Source: Thalia democratica (Eukaryota). From it: 64,000 bases of DNA. Position numbers and translations under genes: made by a program. How positions within the stretch are numbered: the stretch's first letter is position 1; each line of letters begins with the position of its first letter. The stretch spans positions 1-64,000 of the forward strand of contig CBDBBG010000121.1 of the NCBI GenBank assembly GCA_965202585.1. Reading direction: 5' to 3'. A model generated the notes under the pieces. The model saw only the letters and a list, made by a program, of their open reading frames with translations. It searched no databases and was not told the origin of the DNA. Below, piece by piece: positions 48,801 to 60,800 of this stretch.

Positions 48801-51800
48801 CTCGGTTCATCCAACTCCACTGAAGTTATACTCGAACCATTAGAAAGTATGCAGCTTGTATTTTTTGGTTTCGTGATGTTTATAACATTTATTTTTACTT
48901 TACAGAAATCACACTTCAAGGCGAAGCAGCTCCAATGCCACAATCAGGTAAAAATTTATTAATTTATTTTAAATTGAATTTTGTTCTAGTAAATAGCATA
49001 AAATTAAATTAATTTTTGTAATAACCAAATCAAAACTTAATGTATTAAGCAAATATAAATTAATACTTCAAGTACCAGAACATCTGGCAATCAAACGAAA
49101 CTTAAACTAACAAATCGTAAACTACTGTAAGTTAAGATTGTTAAAATTTCCAAGTAGATGTTTATCATTCGAACAGACATAGAAGTAGAGTTCGTGCGCA
49201 AGAGGTACTTGTTCCGCCAATCGCAACCGTCAGCCCTCATAACAGTCAAGCGTTCCTCATTCGACGGCCCCTGCACCGTTCAGTGGCAATCGGTGAACCT
49301 GCACCCCTTGTTCATGGACAACTACTCTCCCATCAGGGCCAGGCTGGACACCACGATGTCGTCGACGGGCTTCAGCGAGCACGACGACCAGTCCATGATC
49401 ACTTCGCAGGGCCACAGGAGCGTGACGAGCATCGGGGACGTGCTGGATGAAGATCAGATCGATTGGGGATCCGGTTGGTGTTTTGTGTATAAGTTTATGC
49501 TGGTTTTTATCCTTTTTTAGTTTATTAATGTGTTTAACCGTAATCTCAGCCTGTTTAAATATGTAATAGTATTTTATGTCAGCTAAAGCTCGTTCTTTTA
49601 ATTTTCAAAGTACCTTGATTACTATATGTCTTTAGAAAGCGTTGATAAAGTTTTACTACTCTAATCAATGAAAACCAATCTTGTAACAACAACAGTAAAT
49701 AAAACTCATATTGCTTAAAAGGTTCAGTGACATTCGAGGACGGACAAGAGGAAGCGAACATCGAAATAGTTTTGGGCAGGGAGATGCCGATGAGGGAGAT
49801 GAGCTTCAAGTTGGAACTGTTGGACCCACTTGATGATAACGTGAAACTCGGATTCCTTCCCACAACCCTCGTGACTGTCATCAGGGATAAAGGTAAATTA
49901 TGTGCAGTGTAGCATATGTCTTTTTAAGTGGTCATTTTATTTTAAACTGTGTAAAGCTTTATATTATGCGTTGCCCTTTTGAATATAACTTTCTGGGTAA
50001 TATTAAGACAAAACATCAGTATTGTTTAAAATAAGAACTTTAGGAAAAGTGGTGTTTTTAAAAATTAAGATAAAAGCCGAACTCACAAAAATATCATATT
50101 ATTCTACTTTTATAGACGCGGGAATTGTTGGTTTCCCCAACTCAAGGTACGGCTACAACGTTACCACGGAAATTATTTTGGTTCCGGTTCAGCGAACATC
50201 CGGGGCCGACGGAACCATTTCAGTTTCGTGGAGCACTAAAGACGCAACTGCAGTCGGTGAGTTTCCTTGTGATATTGAACAAGTAGAAATATTTTTTGTG
50301 GACTTAATCTTTCTTCAACGAGTCAACTACACGAAACATATATAAAATAGTTTTTAGATGATTGTTTGTCAAGTTTTTAATTGTTTTAGTTTATAAAATA
50401 CAATAAACTGAATAATAAACTCATCAGGTGGCAAGCACTACCTGCCAGCGGAAGGAAACCTGGTCTTCCAGGACGGTGAGGTGAGAAAGGAGATAGAACT
50501 GAAGATGCCGGTGAGGGTGGAGTTTTTTGAAGAAGACGAACTCGCATTCCACGTTGTACTCAGCAATCCCACAGGAGGTGCTAATATCAACGTGGCCGAG
50601 ACTAAAGTAGTCCTTGAAAACGACCTGAGTGAGTTTTATATTGGTTTTAACAAAAACAAATAAAAGTTATGAGCTTAATTAATCGCAAAAAATTACTAAA
50701 ATTAAAACAAAAATTAAAATTCTTGTTTATAAATTGAAAAAAAAAATTTAAAGCACAAATAGTTAAAAAATGTACAATAATTACATTAATTTTTACACAT
50801 TAAGCTTACGATTATTTGTATCTTAAATAGTTTATTTTTAAACTTAGTGAATTTTTTTTTTTTGAAAAACTAAACTTTTACTTGGCTATTAAAATAATTT
50901 AAAACTTTTTAACTACTCTACAGTTTTTTATCTTGTTTGAAACTTTAAAAGTGTATATTACAAAAATACAATAAGAAAGTTAAAAAATAGTTAAACGATT
51001 TTTGTCAACTGTTTAGTAGAACGACTAGTATCACTTGTCAAATATTTTTTTCCAAATAATCTACAACTATCGATAATAAATAATTTACAAAATACTAAAC
51101 TATTAAATCGTGTATTTTAGAATTGTTATTACCTGTCAAGCAGTTTCGTCGTATAAAATAGCTAATTATTGAATAACCTAAACACAGCTCGCGGTGAACT
51201 TTCGTTCGAGGCGGACAACGCCAGTTTCAACCAATCAGACGGAAGCATCACCCTTCCAGTCCACCGCAGCAAGGACCAGAGCGGCATAGTGACGGCGTTC
51301 TGGCAGGCGAGGGGAATGCCCGGTAAACCGAGGTGCAGATACGAGGGAATGAACGGTACCGTTGTCTTCAATGATGGGGAAAGTGTTAAAGGTGATTGTT
51401 TTAATTGATGCGTACAAAAACGTTTTTATTATTATGAACGGTGAGGTGGTGTTTAATAATGGTGAAAGTTTGTAAAGTGATTGTTAATTTTGTTTTTTTT
51501 TATCTGGAGAAATATTCACAACTTTCATTGATAGTTAGTTATACTAAGAACATCAATGTTATTCAAACTGTAAAATGGTTCAGAAAAACAACATTATAAA
51601 AAACTTAATGACTTCTTTAATGGCTGAATTTAAAAATAGTCCGTTGTGGTTTAATTCTATTAATAAACTAATTTGTAAACATTTTCAATATTAACAGATA
51701 TAACAATCAAGTTGGTGCCACAAGTTCAATCAGTGACTACCGACCACGTGGTACTCGAAATTGATCCACCTAGTGGTAGAGCCTTGTTAGGGGAATACCC

Positions 51801-54800
51801 TGATTGCTCCGTAGTAATCAACAACGACGTTTGTGAGTAAAAAACAGCTTTTGTTGAACTTAGATAGAAAAAAAGTTCTAACTTATAAAACACAAGGCTA
51901 CTCAAGAATTTTTATAGAAAAAAGAATAATGATCAATAACAGAAAACTTGTTTTGTTACGTAATATATAGATGTTTTTTATAGTGTTTTACTTTAAAACT
52001 CGTTTTTTTATCACTTGTTAAATAATTTCAATGGTGTAAAATGTTATAAAGTAAACAAATTATCTTGAATGTAACATTTATTAAATATTTTTTAAAGTTT
52101 AAACATTTTAAACTTCAGTCCCAGGAAACTTCAGTTTGGAGCACAGTGACTACAAGTTCCAACAGAGCGAGGGTAAAGGAATTGTTAAAGTTTTGAGAAC
52201 TGAAGGAAAACGCGGCAATGTTTCACTCTCTTGGAAGGTTTTGATTGTTTATCATTAAAACTACAAACTATCTCAAGTTTTGTGAGAGATCTTAAAAAAA
52301 ATTTTTTTTTAATAAATAGTCATGTTTCAAAAATTAACATTTTCTTGTTTTTAAACACATTAGTTTATAAAATAAGTAAATAAACAAAGTTGAAACAACA
52401 TTGAGCTGCTTTGTAAATTTTAAGGAAGTTGTACTAACATAGAACACTAAAAATAACTATTTTAGTTACAATGTTTCTCTATAAATTGGTTTAAACAAAA
52501 TTTAAAGTTACTTTTAACTTTTCAAAACTTTTGCAAATACTAATTTTCACATTAATTGTTTGCAATAAGTTATGATAAAAACATCCCATTCAGATCGTAC
52601 CAGCTTCAGATGCTGCTTCATTCTCCACTATGATTGGACAAAACGGAACAATTGAGTTTGAAGACGAACAAAGCTTCGGTGAAATTGAAATAAAATTCCC
52701 TGAAGACACAGTCGAGGAACAAGAAGAGTTAGTTTATTTTGTTTTAATAGACTATTTTTTGACATTTAAACTTTGTAAAGCAAGTATATTTAGAGTGATA
52801 CTTTTGTAATACATCACTTGCTTAGCTTTTTTCATCTAGACTATATGTTTAATAAGAAAAAGAGTTACAAGTGGCGCTGTTGTATTATTCTGGATGATTA
52901 TGACAATTAATTACTTATCATTACTATAACAAAGTGTTGTATTAGATTTTGACAAAGTGTTTCAATCAACAGAGTGATGATAATGCTTCTGCCACCCGAC
53001 GGAAGAGCTGACCTTTTGGACCCATACAAATCACATTTACTGGTGGACAACGACCTCCAGTGTTCAATCAATTTCACATCTGATGTTTATAACATTCGTG
53101 GAGATGTGGACAGCTTTTTGTTGCCGCTTGTGAGGGACGGACCCAAGTACAGACCCATCACCGTCGCGTATAAAACTATAGGTGATTAAGTTTATTGTAA
53201 AGACCATTTAAAATTGTAAAAATTTTATAATAAGTCATGTTTTTATTACTTTATTGCATTGAACTAACTAAGGTATTAATATTATTTTGTAACGGCACAA
53301 AACCTGAGATTCTTAATTACAATTGTTTTTAAATTAAAATTTAACTTAATTATCATTTTTACATTGTTTAAAACTATTTATTCAAAACCGTACTTACCAT
53401 AAAACTTTTAACAAAAGTAAATCACCACACAATATCACTATAATCAAAAACAGACGGAACAGCTATTGATTGCAAGAATTTCATCGGAGGTGACGGAGAG
53501 GTCGAGTTCGGACCTGGTGAGGTGAAAAAGGATATTTTGCTGCCTGTTATGAACGACAACCAGGGAGGTGTACTCACATTCAGCTGTCAATTGACCAACG
53601 TGCAGAGCGGAGGTCCCGGAAAGATCGGTGTCATCGGGGACTGCACTGTCAATATTGAGAACATTCCTGGTCAGTTCTAATAAAATGTTTTAAAATAACG
53701 AGATATTGATAGTTTGCGCGTTAACCAGTTTTTTTGTCATTCATACTCAATTGACGAATTTTTACTTTCAAACGACAAAAATTGTGATGTGAATTTATTC
53801 CTTTAACTGTTTAAAAGCTTTCTTATTTGATTACTTTTATCTACAAAAAGTATCTGAAAACTACAAAACAAAAACATAGGCTGAATTGTTTCACATTTAA
53901 CCGTAATTTACTGTCTTTACAATATCAATATAAAAGTATCCTTCCAAATATCTAATATTTTTATTTTAACAGCTGCCGGTCGCGTGGATATGTCATCTCC
54001 TGAAGTGATGACGAAGCAGAGCAGCGGAGTGGCGATGATCGGAGTGACAAGATCTTCAGGTAGGAAGGGAAGAGCGGAGGTTCCGTGGTTCGTGGAAGTC
54101 ATACAGGGAACGAGTAAGGAGGATGATGACCACTACAACAAATTGGAAGGAAAAGTTGGTTTTTTGAAAAATTATTTTAAATAGTTACTGTTCAAAATAC
54201 TTTTTTAGTGTTTTATTCATTTGTTTTAAATGTTCATTTTTCAATGAATGTTTTTGAAATACAATTTTGTTAGAGCACTATGTTTTTTTGTTAATTTTGA
54301 TCAGTTAGTGTTATTTAAGTAGATAAAGCTATACAATGTTATTTTTTGTTATTCAAGTTATCCAAACACGTTTGTATTTTCTTATTTTAATTAATCCCCG
54401 TGATAGTTTAAATCTAAAAGTTATTTTTGTAAACTAAATATAACTAAAGTACATTTGTTTCATGTACAAAGATTATAAGCTATACATTCTTTGCAGCTCA
54501 TCTTCGAGGATGGGGAAACGGACAAAGTGATTGACGTCACGTTGAGCGACAAACCAAGCAATTATGACGTCACCATACTTGACGTCACATTGATGACGCC
54601 GATTTCACAAGACGGTGTCGTTCTCGGTGATTCCCCAACTTCGAGAGTAACCGTCGACAATGACATCGGTTATTTTTAACTTATATACAAGTAATGTAAA
54701 GGGTAAAATTAAGTTCTTAGCATAAAGCATCAGTCTTTTTATAATTGTTTGAAATTCGCTTTTTGATTAAGCTGAAAAAAATAAGCTACATGATTAAAAC

Positions 54801-57800
54801 TGGGTTTACTAATAAAACTTTGTATATTTTGATAATTTAAAGTTTTGACAACGAAAAACTCTTAAAAACTATTTAAAACAAAGCTGTATCTTAAAACTTT
54901 ATATAAACAAAGCAAAATTTCCAGACGCGGGCGTGATTGAAACGGAGCAGGAGCAGATAATAGTGTTTGGAACCGACGCAAACGTCAGGATCCCCATCCA
55001 GAGAAACGGACCGGGAGTCAGGTTTCCTTCTACTTGCACTTGGGAAGCTGAAGACGATACCGCAATCAGGGGCAAGCACTACAGGGCTTGGAAGGGAATC
55101 ATTGAGTTTGAAGAAGGAGAAAACAAGTTGGTGTATATTAAAAAAGAAAATTCTTAGTTTTGTAGTTTTATTTTGCAACATTTCGTTTTGAAGTTTTTTA
55201 TGGTCTATGAGCACAGAATGTTTGGAAAAGGTTTTTAACTTGTAAATGAAGGTTACTTACTATTTAACGATGTATTGTTTTTTATGTTTAAAAACAAAGT
55301 GCTTTGGTATAATGTAGATAAAGCTAACATAACTTTTATTAATACCAATGATTAAAGCTGTTTTGTATTTAGATTCAAGTTTTTAGTTTTAAGCTTAATT
55401 TTAAAAGTTCTGTTAGCTATTTCCTTATACTACTAACAAAATCGATACAATTTAGCTTAGATTGTTTTCTATAAAAGTTTTAAAAATTAAAAGTAGTAAA
55501 AAGATATAGCAACAGTGGTAAAACAACAACTTTCATCAACAGAGGTGAAATTGTTATTCCAATCGCTAACGACCCGAGTGGTGACGTCATGTTTTTCAAC
55601 GTGAAACTCATTGAAGCGCAAAATGGCGCGAAAATTGGACCAATGAAAAGCACGCAAATTATGATCGATCACGTTGAAGGTTTGTTTACTTTAACTACAT
55701 TTAAACATATTTTGAAAAAAACCTAAATATTTAAATCATTTTCAAATGATGTTTAATAATAAGAAAAAGTTCTAAAATAAAACAAAAACTTATTTATTAA
55801 AATTTTTTGATACAGTTGTTTTAAAACACAAAAGTTGTAAAAGAGTCTTTTGAAAATAATTATTGTCTTTAATAGAAACACTAACCTTTAATTTTTTTTT
55901 ATAAAAATAATTCATTATTATATTAGTATAACACTTAACAATATGTTGTTTAACGATTAAAGATAATGATATGTTATTTAAAACTCTAAACCGAAAATAA
56001 AACATAATAATAATTTCAGAAAAGACCCAAGAAATTCTCGTACAACGACCTTGGAGCCCGGATGTGAACGTCGCTGGCAAGATATCATTCAGTGACGTCA
56101 CAATGAAAGTGCAACAGAGCGAGGGAGAACTGGTTTGCAAGGTTTTGAGAAGTATTGAGAATGAGGCGAAGGGAAGGGTTGTGGTTCCTTGGAGCATCCA
56201 AGGAGGCGGTCCTTTGTACGAGGTTTGAAATTGAAGCAAATTTTCAAATGTTTTACTATGTTTTACCAATAATCAAAGTTTAATAGTTGAAAGCTTAAAA
56301 CAGTTTTAAAAATAGTTAAATAATGTTTTGTTTGTAATCTATAAGGTAAACTATACTGTCCAAAGACTAAAAGTGGAAGTATTTAGCTTTTTACAGTTTT
56401 GTAATGTTATAAAGGTTTATAGAGTAAAAACGTTTCATTTAATTTGTAAAATAGGTAGAATGGGTTATTTTTAAACGACTAAGTTAACTTGATAGTAAAC
56501 GACTTTTTACTACATTTTAGTTATTCATACAAATTTAATAAATGACAGAAACTTTTCGGACAAGAGACTTTCAAAGAAGGTGAAACGGAAAGCCATATAA
56601 AAATAGAGCTGACAGACGCGCCTCTCCAAGATGAAGAAGACAATTTCACGTTTGTTTTCCTTACAACCTGTTACAAGTTTTAACTACTTTAAATCAACTG
56701 CTGCAAATTCATGATAAATTATGTTTAAAGTCTGTATAACAAGTTGTTGTGTTTATTTAAACTAAGTAGCAATTTATTAGCTACAAATAATTTATTGATC
56801 AAGATTAAATTCAGACAGCAATTATTTTTAGCTTAAGGTTTTTATTAATCAGTTGTTTTAAAATATAGCTACTGCCTTTAAAATAACAAATAAGTTTTAT
56901 TGCTTAAACAAACAGAATTGTGCTCGGCAAACCAACCGGAGGATTTGCACTTGACGAAGATGCAAGCGAGTGCAAGGTGACGGTTGTGAATGACGTCACG
57001 AAGGGAGAAAATAAGCTTCGATAAAGATCAGATCACCGTGGACCAGTCGAGTGAAAAGATCGTCATTCCAGTGCACAGGACTATCAATAATAAAAGTAAG
57101 TGCATATAAACACATTGGAAATAATAGTTGTATCTAACTACTTAAGCTTTATAACTTTTTGTAAGAACAGAGTCTAAAGTAATACTTATGTTAAAGCATT
57201 TAATGAAATGATCAACAAAAGTTAAAATCTTATGTACAATATATTTTAGTTAAAATTACTAGAAACATTTTATAAAAGTGTTGTAGTGGTTTCGATATTA
57301 TTACGAAAATAGCTTAACTTATTTGTTAAAAGTTTTAACCACATATACAAAAATCTATAAATTAAAGTTTACAAAACTATATTTTTTACAGAGAAAGTTC
57401 GCGTTCAATGGAAAACAAAATCTGTTGACGGAAAAGAAAACGGTTTCGACAACTTGTCTGGAATTGAGACGTTTTCAAGTGGCGAGGACCTTTCTCACAT
57501 CGAGATCAAGATCGATCAGAAGCCGCTGGAGAGTTCACAAGACACATTCGTCGTTGAGCTGATCGAACCAAAGAATATTTTCGCCACTTTGGGAGAAATT
57601 CCAACGTGCAATGTTACGATAAACAACAATATTGGTTAGTACTTAAAAAGCTTACAGGTATTTTTTTGTTTTATATATGTAATTTAAAACCCTTATATAA
57701 ATTTAATGTGACTAAGAAGATATCAACAAAAAAACAAACATTAAATTAAAAGCTCTTTTAAAGTGAACAAAACTTAAAAAAGTTGGGAAAAAGTTTTATT

Positions 57801-60800
57801 ATTTTGAATTATCTCTTAAAATTTATAAACTCATAATGCAATTAGTTTAAAATAGTATAGATAAAATGTATCAAATCTCCAAAAAAGTTATAAAATATTC
57901 GAGAAATAAGCTTCATGTTAAAACAGTTGCTTATATTTTAGCACAAGCGGTGATAGACTTGAGTGAAACGAGCAAGCAAGTTAAACAGAGCGACGGCAAA
58001 TTGCAGCTGAAACTATTGAGAACAAAACAACCGCTAGGTAGCGTGCAAGTGCCATGGAGAATTGAACCTGATAACAACGATTCAGTTTACTATGATATAA
58101 CAGGTCTATATGCTTGTTATTTAGTACTACATGTAGTAATTGTTGATTTTAATATAACTCTAAAAGCTTTAACTTTTTTTATTGAAAAAAAAATTGTTAT
58201 CGAGTTTATCAAAAAAATTAACAGTTTAAGAAGAACATTTTTACTAATTTTAACTTTTTGTTAAAACCGTTTAATTATTTTAAGTTTTTAAACTTTTGAT
58301 AGCTGCTATATCTAACTCAGAAAATAATCGCATAAAGCCAAAAAAAAACAAAGTACTCTTTTTAATAACTACTTCGGAGCAAAATGTTTAGTTAAAGTTC
58401 GAAAATAATGAAACTTAACTGTGACGTCATAGGAGACGTGTTGTTGCGCGATGATCAGATGGAGCAGGACATCGACATTCTCCTCCCAGAACTTCCACTG
58501 TCCAACAGTGAGGAGAAGGTGAAAGTGGTGTTGGGACACCCCATCAAATCTGCAGCCGTCCTCGGACCTAACCAGAGCTGTGACGTAACAATTCAACACG
58601 ACCTTGGTAAGAATTAATATGTTTTTCTATTCATTAAAATCTAAACGTAGTAATTTTATTAAATTATATATGAAAATTATTTGATTACTAATGAATACCG
58701 ATTAAGACATCGCAGAATTTTATCAGTTGAAGAAAATATGATTGAAAATAAGTACCTGAAAGTACTTTAAACGATTAGTTTTAAACACTATAACAGCTTT
58801 ATACTTAATTAATAAGTACTTAATTAAACTATCAGGACAAGGAATAGTCCAGATGGCGGCGGATGAAGTGACTTGTTCAAGCGAAGATGGAGAAGCTGTA
58901 GTGATTGTTAAGCGGGAAGTCGGAAGCGCTTTTCCCGCCGAAATTGATTGGATCGCCGAAGACGAATCAGCTGTTTTCAAAAACCATTACGAAATCAATG
59001 AAGGTGAACCTAGAACTGTGTTAAAATCTAAAAACTTCATCTCGAAAGTTGTAGTGATTAATCTATTTTAAGCAGTAGTGTTTAGATATGTCTTGCTTTT
59101 TAGCATTTAAATTTTATTTTAAGCTATCTCTAGCTACTTTAGACAAAAACATTTGTAAGCAGTATACTATATGGTACTTTATTGTGAATAAATTTGCACA
59201 AAAACTATGTTTTTATACAGGTACCATCAAGTTAAAGTCTGGAGAGTTGCAAAAAGCAATAAGAATTCCAGTTTTTAACGACCCAAGTGGTGAAACGTTT
59301 ACTTTCAACGTCAATTTGCTTGAAATCAGGGGCCGTGACGAACTCGGATTCAAAATCAACACTCAAGTTTCAATTGAAAACACTCCAAGTAAATACACAG
59401 TATTTTCTATAGTTTGATAACATTTGAGTTTGAGCTGAATTAACACAAAGTATTTTTTTAATCCACATAAAATTTTAAATCAAATTAAGCTCTATTTGTT
59501 GTAAATTGATGCGATACAAAACCAATTAAGAAGATTTATTTAAGTAAAACTATTCTTTAAACATACCTGTTTTGACCTAGAATGTTTAAAAAACACAAAG
59601 TAAAAATCATTTTTACATTCATCTAAAACAGTAGCTAATTTTAATTTTAAGTTTACAATAGTTTAAACCAGTGGTCGTCAAGGTGTACACTGGTGCACAT
59701 TAGTGTACACAAAACTTTTTTTGGGTTGCACGAAATTTTTAGGTACACGAAACTCATTAAAGGGGCACGAAATTTTGATATTACAAAAAAAAATACATAG
59801 AGTTAGGTTAAGTATGTAGTTAATGTTTAATAAAGTATTTAAAGAATACTAAACTTGGGATTTTGTAGTAACTGCGGAGAAGTGTTCAATTAATAAATAT
59901 TTAGGACAAAGCCATATAACTAAAACATCATTGTGAAAATAAGGTAAAACAAATAAAGAGGTCAACTAAAAAGAGTATCAAATTAAAAATTTCAGCTTCA
60001 GTTCTTAAATGGTTTGCATGTAAATACAAACTGAGTTATGACTTTTAAGGAGAAATGCACTAGTAAAAAAATTTACGTAGTCCCGTCACTAGCGGTGCTT
60101 ATTGAAATTAGATCTTGTTGTGCACCAATTGTTATTTTTTACAGCTTTGCGTACACAGAATTTGATTAGCTTGACGACCACTGGTTTAAACTGTTCTAAA
60201 TTATTTGACTTGCAAATTATTAACCTTAAAACTTTTCAGTGCTCCCCGGACCGGTGTTGGACTTCAAAGCGGGTCTGAACACTCCACAGACCATTGGAGC
60301 TTCGTGGTCTGCTCCTGAAGCAGGCGGTTGTCAGGATACCGGGTTTCATACTGGGACAAACCTGAAAACATCAAACAAGTCGAAGTCGCCAACGACGTGA
60401 GTAGTAGTAGGCCTTATTTACTTCTTTAAAAGTTATTAGTATTGTGTAATTGTGATATTGTAATTTTTAGAGATTCTAATAACTTACTGAAAGAATAAGA
60501 TGATTAATAAATGTATAAAATCTAACAGATCAATGAAATAGAAATAGAAGAAGTGAAGGCAAACACACATTACCAAATCAATGTCAGACCTTTTAATTCT
60601 GTTGGTAACGGACCTATTTCAGAAACACTCACAGTTGATACTCCACCAGGTATATTGTGAATTTACAATAAAGTTTTTAGTTATTTACAAGTAGTTTAAA
60701 TATTTACGATATTATGTAAGTAGTCTGCTTAAGAATGAATTTAAATAATATCCTATTATATATGTACTTTTAGGATTTTCAATTGCTTTTATTCATTATA

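Noticed and set aside
57000-57030. Programmed ribosomal frameshifting as an explanation of the indels
   Set aside because: No X XXY YYZ slippery site or downstream structure is apparent, and the three indels differ in sign. Error or decay is simpler.
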